A stretch of 64,000 nt of DNA from Octopus vulgaris (Eukaryota), in contig OX597823.1 in NCBI GenBank assembly GCA_951406725.2, forward strand, positions 11,904,001 through 11,968,000, given 5' to 3'. Shown piece by piece: positions 38,056 to 55,830 of this stretch. Each line of letters starts with the position of its first letter. Within the stretch, counting starts at the first letter, position 1. Under the pieces are notes generated by a model that was given only the letters and a program-made list of their open reading frames with translations, had not been told where the DNA came from and did not search any database. The position numbers and the translations under genes were made by a program.

Positions 38056-38499
38056 AAATAATGTGAGTGTATGCAAGTGGGAGAGAGCTAGCAGTTAATG
38101 ACGCTCACAGGCATCACTTGGATTTGCACAAATACTCAGATGTGTGTCTAAGTATTCAGATGCACTTGGAGATTGATACGTTAGCCATCTTCTGCAAGAA
38201 AGTTGTCGATGGTGAACAAGACAGCCATTACATATTCCAGACAACCTGATGGAAACGTAGAGAACTTATTTAGATCACATATTTAGGTGATGACAAAAGC
38301 TGGGGGAGGAACTAGATTATGTTTCGTCGGTAATGGAGTTAATAATTTTCGGCTGTAACAGATTCTCTAGGGAATTATGTTTCAGGTTGGCTTGTTAGAA
38401 CTGAACCAGGACAGAGGTTCATCCGTGACGTCAGAAAGAATTGCAGCCGGATTTTTGTTGAGAGAAAGTGTAAAAGATAAAAAAACATAAATAAAATAT

Positions 38500-40470
<1,971 letters not shown>

Positions 40471-40561
40471 CGTATATACACACATACAAACACAAGCACA
40501 CTCACACATGATTGAACGTGACGCCAAAGAACAAATGGAGAGTTGGAAGCAATATATATAA

Positions 40562-40790
40562 TAGTATATCCCCAAAAACGAAGAGCAAACACAGGAAGAA
40601 AAACAACAACATGAGGACGTGGTACATGCAAAGTATTATCAGACGCTCAAGGAAGGAAAGCTCTTCTTAAGAAATATTTCGAGCAAAGCTCTTCCTAAGA
40701 AACAGGAGACAGAGGAAAGACCAAGAGAAGAGGAAAACGGAGGAAAAAATCGCCAATGATCCACATGTGGTTTATGTGCATAAATTTCTG
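40562..40790 (-). mobile_element. PLE-type terminal fragment with decayed hammerhead (about 40673-40703)
   Basis: Homologous to 60447-60646. Minus strand: GTTT-CTTAGGA-A-GAGC-ttt-GCTC-GAAA. Confidence 0.65.
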
Positions 40791-40929
40791 TCTTATACTG
40801 ATTGTTTAAAACCTTGCCACACACCTCCATATTTATTACTGTTCATGATGACCACGTATACACATACATGTACGTGACATATATATATACATAACCACAA
40901 AGCCAGCTACAGCAAGACCTTAGACAACC

Positions 40930-41400
40930 AATATCGATACACACTGCAACTTCAAAACCCCAACAACATAGTAAATATTCCTGCAACATACATTTCCCTG
41001 TTGGCGTTTTTATATGCAGCTTTAGTTAGGTACTGGACGTTAAGTTGCTTAGTCGCCACTACTGAATCTACCTCTAATACCAAACTAACATTTTATGTAA
41101 GAATAGCCAAAAATAACTCAAGAAACGATATAACAACCACATGCAAGTTTCAGTGATATTGAAATGAGAAATACATTGCGACTACCACGTCACATCTGGA
41201 ACTGGAAAGAATAAAAGAATTGAAAGTAACGTGGAAAGCACTTGAAAGTCCCAAATCGTAAAAAATTGAACCATACCGGTATGATATCTGTACAGATAAG
41301 AATAGCCTCATATTCTTGAATACATGATCAGAAAATGTTAGCAAAAGCAAACACTTCAACAAGCACTTGATACAACGCTGTGATTCACCACAATCACCTT
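40930..41400 (+). mobile_element. Decayed PLE GIY-YIG relic of a different subtype
   Basis: Frameshifted TFYVRIA..KKRYNNH, RHIW, VTWKAL, YDICTDK..IFLNT*SENVSKSKHFNK. Confidence 0.6.
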
Positions 41401-41966
41401 CATCACTTCCACCAAGCCAGAGACAACGACATGTTACGCAAACAACCCAGAATATCGCAGACAAACACTGATCCTTTCCAACCATACAAAACCCTAGCTT
41501 CGCTCATAAGTCCTTTCATACGCTTTCCGTTTTTATTTTTATATTTCCTCTCTTCCCTTTTTTCCCTACTTTTCCTGTCTATATTCCTTGCCAATTTTCC
41601 AGAATATTCGTTGTCACAAAAATTAATCCCTTGCTATATGTGTGTGCATATATATACACATACAAGGGTGTATCTGGAAGTCGGTTCATATATAGATATA
41701 CATATGTCGAACATGTTTTTGGTACTTATATGTACCCTAATATACACGCATTTTTTAATGTAAACAGTGTATGTGCATTGCCTCATGTACGGTAGTATTC
41801 ATACAGGTGTGAGCAAGTGTGTATATCAGAGAATATCTTATTTATGCATTTATGCACAATATATATTTGTGCATACACACACTTCTATGCATAAAGATAC
41901 ATTTGTGTAAGATAAACAGGGGGGCATATAGCAATACCTATGCATTAGTCTACGAGTATATAGGAA

Positions 41967-42060
<94 letters not shown>

Positions 42061-42063
<3 letters not shown>

Positions 42064-42215
42064 ATAGTTTACGAAAAAAACAAAAGACGAAGACGTGGTG
42101 TACAAAACAAACAGGTGTATTAGTATAACGCTCAGGAATAGAAAAGGTCTTTTACGTTTCGAGCCAACGCTCTTCTACAGAAAGGGCCACAGAAAAAACA
42201 AGGAGAGAAAAAAGG
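42061..42215 (-). mobile_element. PLE-type terminal fragment with hammerhead-like motif (42146-42187) between (TA)n tracts
   Basis: CTTT-CTGTAGA-A-GAGC-gttg-GCTC-GAAA-CG-TA-AAAG; homologous to 16465-16640. Confidence 0.75.
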
Positions 42216-42260
<45 letters not shown>

Positions 42261-42628
42261 TGTATATGCCCGCGTATACACACACTTAAACGAATAGAAA
42301 CATATGCATGTTGGTAAATATATCGTAGATGCATGTATGTGTCTGTGTCTTCACAACTGGATACGGACATCCTCTTCTGCTTGTATGCATGTTTCTGTAT
42401 GTACAATTTGGGTTCATATGTGTATATATTTACATGAGTACACGGCGAACGTGCGTGTGTGCCTATGCGCCTACTATTCGTGCACAAATGGTTACACAGA
42501 ATAACGAGCTTGCAGTTTATAAAATAAGATCATATCCTATACCTGTCCCCGTGTGTATAGAAATATATGAATGTATATCGTTTATGTATGAACACAATTA
42601 GACATAGAGGGATGTTTATGTATTTATA

Positions 42629-43958
<1,330 letters not shown>

Positions 43959-43972
43959 TATATATATATATA

Positions 43973-44101
<129 letters not shown>

Positions 44102-44118
44102 TATATAAATATATATAA

Positions 44119-44216
<98 letters not shown>

Positions 44217-44248
44217 TATATGTATATATGTATGTATATGCATATATG

Positions 44249-44283
<35 letters not shown>

Positions 44284-44710
44284 GTATGTATGTATGTATG
44301 TGTATGCATATACGTGTGTGTGTGTATGTTTACACGCACACACTCACGCGCGTGCACACAGATACGCAAAAATTTATTTACATGCGTGCTTTTAATAAAT
44401 GCCAAAATTTTTCCCCTGCTGTACAAATAGACAATGTGGGTAAACCATGAGGTCTCCAATGTACTAAATGGATGATAAGCTTAATTAGATACACCGGTTA
44501 TTACCAGTTCATTGGAAGTGATTGCTCCGACAGATCTATAGAGTGAAAACCTGAGAGAAAAAGAGAAGGAGAGAGAGAAGGAGAGGGAGAGAGAGAAGGA
44601 AAGAGAAAAGAGAGAGAAATATACGCATATATATTTATCATGTCGAACCGTTAATTCTGCACATATTTCTCTTAGTTTATTTTTCGTTCTCCGTTTTTTT
44701 TTTTCCTCTC

Positions 44711-44753
44711 AGTCCTTTCTGACGAAGAGCGTGGGCTCGAAACGTTAGGGACT
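44711..44753 (+). ncRNA. Minimal type I hammerhead ribozyme in a PLE-type end (about 44610-44833)
   Basis: AGTCCTT-T-CTGACGA-A-GAGC-gtgg-GCTC-GAAA-CG-TT-AGGGACT. Confidence 0.78.
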
Positions 44754-44856
44754 TTTCGATTCTTCCGAAGCTTTAAACAAAATACCTACTTGTTCCTTCA
44801 CCTGTCTTCGTCTTTGTTTTGTGCAGATATGATCTATATATATGATATACATACAA

Positions 44857-44891
<35 letters not shown>

Positions 44892-44916
44892 TATACATAT
44901 ATATACATATATATAC

Positions 44917-44979
<63 letters not shown>

Positions 44980-45084
44980 TATATGTGTATATACATATAT
45001 ATACATATATATATGTATATATACATATATATACATATATATACATATATATACATATATATATATATATACATACATATATGT

Positions 45085-45135
<51 letters not shown>

Positions 45136-45161
45136 AACATACATATATTTATATATATCTA

Positions 45162-45646
45162 CTAGCACGGATACCCGGCGTTGCCCATGTTACATGCAAT
45201 TGAAGAATTAGACTTTTCTGTTATATTTTCTCCAATGAACTGGAATACCTATGATTCGAATTTCTTCAAAATTGCAAATGAGGGTCCATTCCCTCTTTAC
45301 ACACCCCCAAAAATTTTAATCATGACACATGTATCCCATACTACTGATCTTTATGCGCAGAATCCAAAATTCCAGTCTTATGGAACCTGTTAAAAGGATT
45401 TTGCTCCTGAAAAATGGATGTCATGGAGCTCTGAAATGTGGGAGTTGAGGCCCCTATTGGGGGTAGGTATCTTAATGCCAACCAGAGAAGTTGAATTGCT
45501 GAGAATTTTTTTTTTAACTTGGGTCTTACATGTATTGTTGGAATTTCTTTGAAATGGGCAATATATGTATGTTCACTGAGTTTGTAAAAGAGAGCAAAGC
45601 TACAGGAAACCAATATCCTACAGATGTCTTCTGAAATATATTTATA
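45162..45646 (-). mobile_element. Partial non-autonomous Helitron (duplicate from 49382)
   Basis: A|CTAGCACGGATACCCGGCGTTGCCC resembles the end at 59967; the 5' TC end is not clear. Confidence 0.55.
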
Positions 45647-45659
45647 ACTAAACGGGAAC

Positions 45660-46100
45660 ACGGGTAGTTAAGAGGTTCGTTTTGCAATTATGTGGTTTCA
45701 GGTTCAATCTAGTTTGGAATCTTGTGTATGTGTCTTTAACATTGCCCCGGGTCCGCTAGATGTGAGTGAATTTGGAAGGCGTGGCTGTGTGGCAAGGAGT
45801 TTGCTTCCTAAAGACATGGTTCTGAGTTCAGTCCTACTGCGTGGCACCTTGGGCTAGTGATTTTTACTATAGATTCGGGGTGACCAAAGCCTTGTGAGTG
45901 GATTTGATAGAAAGAAACTGAAAAGAAAGCCGTCATGTATATATATAGCGCTTCAGCAAAAGAGACTGATAGAATAAGCACCAAGGCGCTGAAGAAAAGT
46001 ACTGGGGTCGATTTGTTAGACTATACTCCTCGTGAAGGTGCCCCAGCATGGTCACAGTTCAATGACTGAAACAAGTAAAACAAAGAAAAGAATAAAAATA
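45660..46100 (+). mobile_element. Diverged SINE type B copies (duplicate at about 49876-50312)
   Basis: GTGGCTGTGTGG...CTGCGTGGCACCTTGGGC...AATGACTGAAACAAGTAAAA. Confidence 0.8.
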
Positions 46101-46990
46101 CAACAACAATTTTTCCATCGACGCTTTTGAATATTTGAAGAATAGGTCGGAATGACTTTGTTCTCTAACAAAGCCCATCCTTGTCCCAAATTGTCTTTGT
46201 AAATACGTTAAAGGAATCATTGGTCCCTTTAACGAGCTGATAGATCACTTACATAACAATTATAATGATTAGCTACTTACATTTATCGAGCAGCCGTCGT
46301 TGATATCACCTGCTTGACAAGGAGCGCCTACAATGTTCATAAGAGCTCTGAACAAACTCTCCCAACTTAGTTAATTATAAACAATACGTACATATATACA
46401 CACATGCGGTTCGCTTTGATGATAAATCTCACACGAAAGAAGAAAAAAGCAAAGCAAAAGAGGAAGAGAAGCGCCAACTTGTATGAATTATGTAAACTAA
46501 TATGGCTGATATCTCTGGCAAGCGCGCTGCGACTGGTCGCTTTTCTTTGGTGTATGGGAATTAAACTGTAACTCTTGCAACAACAACAACAACCTCAACA
46601 AAAACCAAAACAAAAGCACAACATTATCACTTCAACAACAATAACCACAACAACAGCAACGAAATATCAAACAAGAAATTTTGAATATTCTTCAAAATGT
46701 TTAACAGTCGCTGCGCAACTCTCACTGCTGCCAAATAATAAATATATAAACGGAAATATATTAAAGAATCGTTTAAACTTATATTGGCGTTTAGATATAC
46801 TTGCCAAGATAATACACCATGATGTTCCAATGATATGGAGGTTACGATTTAAAAATTGTAGCTACAGAGATGTTAATTTCCCCTTCGCATGGGTATTCTA
46901 TTTCTAGCTTTTCAATGTTAGTTTAACATTATATACAGACACAGCTACATTTATTTAAGGTGTGTGTTTGTGTGTATGTATGTATGTATG

Positions 46991-47088
<98 letters not shown>

Positions 47089-47103
47089 CATATATATATA
47101 TAC

Positions 47104-47170
<67 letters not shown>

Positions 47171-47192
47171 CATACATATATATATATAATAC

Positions 47193-47283
<91 letters not shown>

Positions 47284-47459
47284 TATAGATAGATAGATAG
47301 GCAGTCAGACAGACAGACAGATAGACAGACAGATAGATAGATAGGTTGGTAGGTAGGTAGGTAGGTAGGTAGGTAGGTAGGTAGGTAGGTAGGTAGGTAG
47401 ACAGATAGATAGATAAATAGATAGATATAGATACAGGTATATATAAATTATATACATGC

Positions 47460-47492
<33 letters not shown>

Positions 47493-48867
47493 TACACACA
47501 CACATATACAATACACATACATATAAATACACATATTCGTATACGTGTGTGTGTGTGTGTAGGTGGATGGGTGTGTTTATACACGCAGAGATTGTTTGTA
47601 TATCAATCAGTAGAAAGATATAAAATGTAATCAAGACCCACTTGTGCCAGAAGTACCGTTGAGTTTGAAAATACATCCTTGTATGTTGAGGCAAGTGGAA
47701 ATTTGAAGCAAGTGTTTCGTCGAGCTCGCTCGTACTGAAAACTGATTCCCTCCTGCCACACTAGGCTGTGCAATCAGAGCCCTACAAAGAGAAGCATCTA
47801 CTACAGCATCTCAGATCACTAGTACTGTGATACTAGCAGTAGAATTTGCAGCGGAGTCCCGCATGCTCACGCGATATTCTAGAAATTGCAGCCAAATCTA
47901 TCTCTGTCGAATTACATCGTATCTTTGTTGGGGATACATCGGATAATGAACGCCTAGAAGTCCTTCTGCAAACACAGGATGGCCATTGTTAGAAAGTTTT
48001 TTGATCGTAAATTGACGGGGGTCAGAGAGGTGATGGAGCAGAAGAAGAAGAAGAAGAAGAAGAAGAAGAAGAAGAAGAAGAAGAAGAAGAAGAAGAAGAA
48101 GAAGATGGAGAAGAAGAAGATGAAGAAGAAAAAGAAGAAGAAGACAGTAATGATGATGGTGATGAAATTGTAGAAGTAGTAGTAATAGTATGAGCAACAA
48201 CAACAGCAGTGGAGGCGCAATGTCCCAGTGGTTAGGGCAGCGGACTCGCAGTCGTAAGAACGCGGTTTCGATTCCCAGACGGGGCATTGTGAGTGTTTAT
48301 TGAGCAAAAACACCGAAGCCCCACGAGGCTCCGGCCGGGTGTGGGGTAGTGAACTCCGNNNNNNNNNNNNNNNNNNNNNNNNNNNNNNNNNNNNNNNNNN
48401 NNNNNNNNNNNNNNNNNNNNNNNNNNNNNNNNNNNNNNNNNNNNNNNNNNNNNNNNNNTGTATGCATATACGTGTGTGTGTGTATGTTTACACGCACACA
48501 CTCACGCGCGTGCACACAGATACGCAAAAATTTATTTACATGCGTGCTTTTAATAAATGCCAAAATTTTTCCCCTGCTGTACAAATAGACAATGTGGGTA
48601 AACCATGAGGTCTCCAATGTACTAAATGGATGATAAGCTTAATTAGATACACCGGTTATTACCAGTTCATTGGAAGTGATTGCTCCGACAGATCTATAGA
48701 GTGAAAACCTGAGAGAAAAAGAGAAGGAGAGAGAGAAGGAGAGGGAGAGAGAGAAGGAAAGAGAAAAGAGAGAGAAATATACGCATATATATTTATCATG
48801 TCGAACCGTTAATTCTGCACATATTTCTCTTAGTTTATTTTTCGTTCTCCGTTTTTTTTTTCCTCTC

Positions 48868-48910
48868 AGTCCTTTCTGACGAAGAGCGTGGGCTCGAAAC
48901 GTCAGGGACT
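48868..48910 (+). ncRNA. Hammerhead, duplicate/allele of 44711, with GUC cleavage triplet
   Basis: AGTCCTT-T-CTGACGA-A-GAGC-gtgg-GCTC-GAAA-CG-TC-AGGGACT. Confidence 0.8.
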
Positions 48911-49014
48911 TTTCGATTCTTCCGAAGCTTTAAACAAAATACCTACTTGTTCCTTCACCTGTCTTCGTCTTTTGTTTTGTGCAGATATGATCTATATATA
49001 TGATATACATACAA

Positions 49015-49045
<31 letters not shown>

Positions 49046-49064
49046 TATATATACATATATATAC

Positions 49065-49165
<101 letters not shown>

Positions 49166-49280
49166 TATATGTGTATATACATATATATGTATATATACAT
49201 ATATATATGTATATATACATATATATACATATATATACATATATATACATATATATATATATATACATACATATATGTAT

Positions 49281-49345
<65 letters not shown>

Positions 49346-51205
49346 AACATACATACATATACATATATTTATATATATCTACTAGCACGGATACCCGGCG
49401 TTGCCCATGTTACATGCAATTGAAGAATTAGACTTTTCTGTTATATTTTCTCCAATGAACTGGAATACCTATGATTCGAATTTCTTCAAAATTGCAAATG
49501 AGGGTCCATTCCCTCTTTACACACCCCAAAAATTTTAATCATGACACATGTATCCCATACTACTGATCTTTATGCGCAGAATCCAAAATTCCAGTCTTAT
49601 GGAACCTGTTAAAAGTATTTTGCTCCTGAAAAATGGATGTCATGGAGCTCTGAAATGTGGGAGTTAAGGCCCCTATTGGGGGTAGGTATCTTAATGCCAA
49701 CCAGAGAAGTTGAATTGCTGAGAATTTTTTTAACTTGGGTCTTACATGTATTGTTGGAATTTCTTTGAAATGGGCAATATATGTATGTTCACTGAGTTTG
49801 TAAAAGAGAGCAAAGCTACAGGAAACCAATATCCTACAGATGTCTTCTGAAATATATTTATAACTAAACGGGAACACGGGTAGTTAAGAGGTTCGTTTTG
49901 CAATTATGTGGTTTCAGGTTCAATCTAGTTTGGAATCTTGTGTATGTGTCTTTAACATTGCCCCGGGTCCGCTAGATGTGAGTGAATTTGGAAGGCGTGG
50001 CTGTGTGGCAAGGAGTTTGCTTCCTAAAGACATGGTTCTGAGTTCAGTCCTACTGCGTGGCACCTTGGGCTAGTGATTTTTACTATAGATTCGGGGTGAC
50101 CAAAGCCTTGTGAGTGGATTTGATAGAAAGAAACTGAAAAGAAAGCCGTCATGTATATATATAGCGCTTCAGCAAAAGAGACTGATAGAATAAGCACCAA
50201 GGCGCTGAAGAAAAGTACTGGGGTCGATTTGTTAGACTATACTCCTCGTGAAGGTGCCCCAGCATGGTCACAGTTCAATGACTGAAACAAGTAAAACAAG
50301 AAAAGAATAAAAATACAACAACAATTTTTCCATCGACGCTTTTGAATATTTGAAGAATAGGTCGGAATGACTTTGTTCTACCAAAGCCCATCCTTGTCCC
50401 AAATTGTCTTTGTAAATACGTTAAAGGAATCATTGGTCCCTTTAACGAGCTGATAGATCACTTACATAACAATTATAATGATTAGCTACTTACATTTATC
50501 GAGCAGCCGTCGTTGATATCACCTGCTTGACAAGGAGCGCCTACAATGTTCATAAGAGCTCTGAACAAACTCTCCCAACTTAGTTAATTATAAACAATAC
50601 GTACATATATACACACATGCGGTTCGCTTTGATGATAAATCTCACACGAAAGAAGAAAAAAAAGCAAAGCAAAAGAGGAAGAGAAGCGCCAACTTGTATG
50701 AATTATGTAAACTAATATGGCTGATATCTCTGGCAAGCGCGCTGCGACTGGTCGCTTTTCTTTGGTGTATGGGAATTAAACTGTAACTCTTGCAACAACA
50801 ACAACAACCTCAACAAAAACCAAAACAAAAGCACAACATTATCACTTCAACAACAATAACCACAACAACAGCAACGAAATATCAAACAAGAAATTTTGAA
50901 TATTCTTCAAAATGTTTAACAGTCGCTGCGCAACTCTCACTGCTGCCAAATAATAAATATATAAACGGAAATATATTAAAGAATCGTTTAAACTTATATT
51001 GGCGTTTAGATATACTTGCCAAGATAATACACCATGATGTTCCAATGATATGGAGGTTACGATTTAAAAATTGTAGCTACAGAGATGTTAATTTCCCCTT
51101 CGCATGGGTATTCTATTTCTAGCTTTTCAATGTTAGTTTAACATTATATACAGACACAGCTACATTTATTTAAGGTGTGTGTTTGTGTGTATGTATGTAT
51201 GTATG

Positions 51206-51387
<182 letters not shown>

Positions 51388-51429
51388 CATATATATATAT
51401 AAATACATATATATATATATATACATACA

Positions 51430-51496
<67 letters not shown>

Positions 51497-51675
51497 GTCT
51501 ATAGATAGATAGATAGGCAGTCAGACAGACAGACAGATAGACAGACAGATAGATAGATAGGTTGGTAGGTAGGTAGGTAGGTAGGTAGGTAGGTAGGTAG
51601 GTAGGTAGGTAGGTAGACAGATAGATAGATAAATAGATAGATATAGATACAGGTATATATAAATTATATACATGC

Positions 51676-51706
<31 letters not shown>

Positions 51707-52454
51707 TACACACACACATATACAATACACATACATATAAATACACATATTCGTATACGTGTGTGTGTGTGTGTAGGTGGATGGGTGTGTTTATACACGC
51801 AGAGATTGTTTGTATATCAATCAGTAGAAAGATATAAAATGTAATCAAGACCCACTTGTGCCAGAAGTACCGTTGAGTTTGAAAATACATCCTTGTATGA
51901 GGCAAGTGGAAATTTGAAGCAAGTGTTTCGTCGAGCTCGCTCGTACTGAAAACTGATTCCCTCCTGCCACACTAGGCTGTGCAATCAGAGCCCTACAAAG
52001 AGAAGCATCTACTACAGCATCTCAGATCACTAGTACTGTGATACTAGCAGTAGAATTTGCAGCGGAGTCCCGCATGCTCACGCGATATTCTAGAAATTGC
52101 AGCCAAATCTATCTCTGTCGAATTACATCGTATCTTTGTTGGGGATACATCGGATAATGAACGCCTAGAAGTCCTTCTGCAAACACAGGATGGCCATTGT
52201 TAGAAAGTTTTTTGATCGTAAATTGACGGGGGTCAGAGAGGTGATGGAGCAGAAGAAGAAGAAGAAGAAGAAGAAGAAGAAGAAGAAGAAGAAGAAGAAG
52301 AAGAAGAAGAAGAAGAAGAAGAAGAAGAAGAAGAAGAAGAAGAAGAAGAAGATGGAGAAGAAGAAGATGAGAAGAAAAAGAAGAAGAAGACAGTAATGAT
52401 GATGGTGATGAAATTGTAGAAGTAGTAGTAATAGTATGAGCAACAACAACAGCA

Positions 52455-52932
52455 GTGGAGGCGCAATGTCCCAGTGGTTAGGGCAGCGGACTCGCAGTCG
52501 TAAGAACGCGGTTTCGATTCCCAGACGGGGCATTGTGAGTGTTTATTGAGCAAAAACACCGAAGCCCCACGAGGCTCCGGCCGGGTGGGGGTAGTGAACT
52601 CCGCTGTACTCTTTCACCACAACTTTCTCTCATTCTTTCTTCCTACTTCTGCCACAAAGCAGAGGAACCATAGTGTAACCCACTATGGCGTGGTAAACTT
52701 TCAAACCCTAGTCTAGATTGCGAATCCTCTGTACCCCAGGACGGTTCAGCTCTCCACCCGTTAAAAGCCACCGTTTACAGAATGAGGATAACAACGTAGC
52801 TTTCGCGCCCGTTCAACTGCTGGTCTATGGCGTGTGGTGGGTGGATCTTCAAGTTGCCACACGCATTTTTAGTAGCTTAGAGTAGGCTCGAATTAGAGAT
52901 TATTCTCTGTGGTTAATGGCGTATGTCCAAGG
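52455..52932 (+). mobile_element. SINE type C head with tail V (gap-truncated duplicate at 48209-48358)
   Basis: Type C head to about 52650, then about 280 bp of unique, hairpin-rich tail ending ATGGCGTATGTCCAAGG before (GAA)n. Confidence 0.75.
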
Positions 52933-53322
52933 AGGAGAAGAAGAAGAAGAAAACAGCAGCAGCTGCAATAACAACAACAACAGCAACAAAAACAGTAGCA
53001 AAAGCAGTAGCATTATACTAAGGACGCTGTCCATTCCATTCAATTGATCTGTAGGTCGTACTAAGTCGTACTAAGTCGTTAACTACCAAAGGCATACAAC
53101 AATAATAACAATCTCTGTTCTTTAATATTATAGACAGGGAAAATATGCGCGATTCATCACCAGAAAGAGTGGGTTTTTCCGAATATGCAGCTGGCACATG
53201 GAAAAATATAAATGTGTTTACACACACCCACACACACTAAGATAGAGTGGTGCGTACTCATATTGACACCCACATACAGATAGGTACGTCTGTGCAGTTA
53301 TGTTCTGAGACAAACATGAATA

Positions 53323-54060
53323 TTGGTTTCAAATTTTGACACAACGCCAGCAAGTTCGGGTGAGGTGGTAAGTCCATTACAACGACTCCAGTGTTCAACT
53401 GGTACTTATTTAATCGGCTCAAAAAGGATGAAAGCGAAGTCGGCCTCGGCGGATTTGAAGTCAGAAGGTAAAGGCGGACTAATTAGAAATATGAAATATT
53501 CTTTTCTACTCTAGGCACAAGGCTTGAAATTTTGGGGGCGGGGCAGTCGATTAGATCAAATCCAGTACACAACCGGTACTTAAATTATTGACCCCGAAAA
53601 GATGAAAGGCAAAGTCGAACTCTGAACGTAAAGACAGACGAAAACCTATTTCTTTACTACCCACAAGAGGCTAAACACAGAGAGGACAAGCAAGGACAGA
53701 CACACGGATTAAGTCGATTACATCGACCCCAGTGCGTAACTGGTACTTATATAATCAACCCTAAAAGGATGAAAGGCAAAGTCGACCTCGGCGGAATTTG
53801 AACATAGAACGTAGCGATAGACGAAATACCTATTTCTTTACTACCCACAGGGGCTAAACACAGAGAGGACAAACAAGGACAGACAAAGGGATTAAGTCGA
53901 TTATATCGACCCCAGTGCATAAATGGTACTTATTTAATCGACCCCGGAAGGATGAAAGGCAAAGTCGACCTCGGCGGAATTTGAACTCAGAACGTAGCGG
54001 CAAACGAAATACCGCTAAGCATTTCGCCCGGTGTGCTAACGTTTTTGCCAGCTCGCTTCC
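53323..54060 (-). mobile_element. SINE type A multimer plus an older adjacent copy
   Basis: Head at about 54060; units begin near 53830, 53645 and 53497; diverged copy at 53323-53478. Confidence 0.88.
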
Positions 54061-55001
54061 TTGCAAATATGAAATAATTCAAATAAATAGTATCAAACGC
54101 TTGCTCAACGCACACACACACACACACACACACACACGCATGATTGCTTTTTAATTACTTTGATTACTTCGATGTTGAATCCTGCTGAGAGCCCACATAT
54201 TCTATCCACGTAGTAAACTGCTTGTATATTTGTATATTGTATGCGTGGGAGGCGTTTGTCATACAATGTCTCACTGTAATTACGTTACTACTTGTTGTAT
54301 CTTCAGTTTTACGCTATAAGAACCGAGTATAATGACTAGATTATTTCTATGGCTCTTATACGCTGATATTTACGTAAGAATCTCTTCCTTTCTTCTTTTC
54401 TTTCCTTCTTTCCTTCTTTCTTTCTTTCTTTCTTTCTCGCTATATATATATATATCAATTATGAACGACTATATATGTATTGTTAAAATTCCAAAAATAA
54501 TCTATATAAGGTCTAAATCGCAACAAAACCTACAGAAATAACAGCTATTGCATTCCTATTAATGTCGCCATTTTCAAAAGAGATCTTGTTGTAAAAGAAA
54601 CTACAACCAGCCCCCACGTTGTTACACAACTTGCTAGAAATAGCAGCAATTTTTTTTTTTTACTTAAATCACGCTACACCATCATTCAAAAGGCAAGACA
54701 AGTAAAATAAGCTGTATGAGGTGTGCTACACCTAGAAAAAAGACATTACAGTCTTGGCGGGGATGCTTTAATCATAAGTTTTGCTTTAATCAGAAATTGT
54801 TGCATTTACCATTGCATTTACTATTGTTGCATTTACCAACAAAACGACTAAAATCTCAATATCTGAAATCTTGATAAAATAATAATTCTAAAACTTAACA
54901 AAATCCCAATTGAAGCCATCAACAATAGCTTAAAATCCCTTTGAATGAAAAAGAAAAGCTGAAAGTTATCTGTGGGTAACTGTTTTCGCTTCGAAAGACA
55001 A

Positions 55002-55233
55002 CTATTTCTTTACTACCCACAAGGGGCTAAACGTAGAGGAGACAAACAAGGACAGACAAAGGGAATAAGTCGATTACATCGACCCCAGTGCGTAACAGGT
55101 ACTTAATTTATCGGCCCCAAAAGGATGAAAGGCAAAGTCGACTTTGGCGGAATTTGAACTCAGAACGTAACGGCAGACGAAATACGGCTACGCATTTCGC
55201 CCGGCGTGCTAACGTTTCTGCCAGCTTGCCGCC
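55002..55233 (-). mobile_element. SINE type A monomer
   Basis: TSD TTCGCTTCGAAAGAC at 54985-54999 and 55237-55251. Confidence 0.93.
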
Positions 55234-55297
55234 TTCTTCGCTTCGAAAGACCTCATTAAAAGGTAGATTTACATATTTCCCGAAAGTTCTACATTTA

Positions 55298-55690
55298 CAC
55301 TTTTACAATTTTACTTATTTCAGTCATTTGACTGTGGCCATGCTGGAGCACCACCTTTTTAGTCGAGCAAATCGACCCCAGGACTTATTCTTTGTAAGCC
55401 TAGTACTTATTCTATTGGTCTCTTTTACCGAACCGCTAAGTTACGGGGACGTAAACACACCAGCATCAGTTGTCAAGCGATTTTTGGGGGACAAACACAG
55501 ACACAGACACACACACACACACACACACATACACACACACACACATATATATATATATAAATACGACGGGCTTCTTTCAGCTTCCGTCTACCAAATCCAC
55601 TCACAAGGCTTCAGTAGGCCTGAAGCTATAGTAGAAGAACACTTCCCCAAAGTGCCACACAGCTACTTACCACACAGCCACTCCTACGCC
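55298..55690 (-). mobile_element. SINE type B, absent from the paralogous site
   Basis: Empty site CTACATTTATATACAAAA at 58271-58288. Confidence 0.92.
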
Positions 55691-55830
55691 TATATACAAA
55701 ATATAAACAAATTTACTTTCTCGCTTGTGAAAATATTAAAGCATCTAATTTGAGAAATTGGGAGCAATCAGGTCTGTCTTGCAACTAAGAAATAGCAACA
55801 ACGAAGCAATAATAAAATCAACAAAGTATA

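Noticed and set aside
38426-38433. Perfect CRE site TGACGTCA
   Set aside because: A single 8-mer is expected by chance in 64 kb and there is no promoter context.
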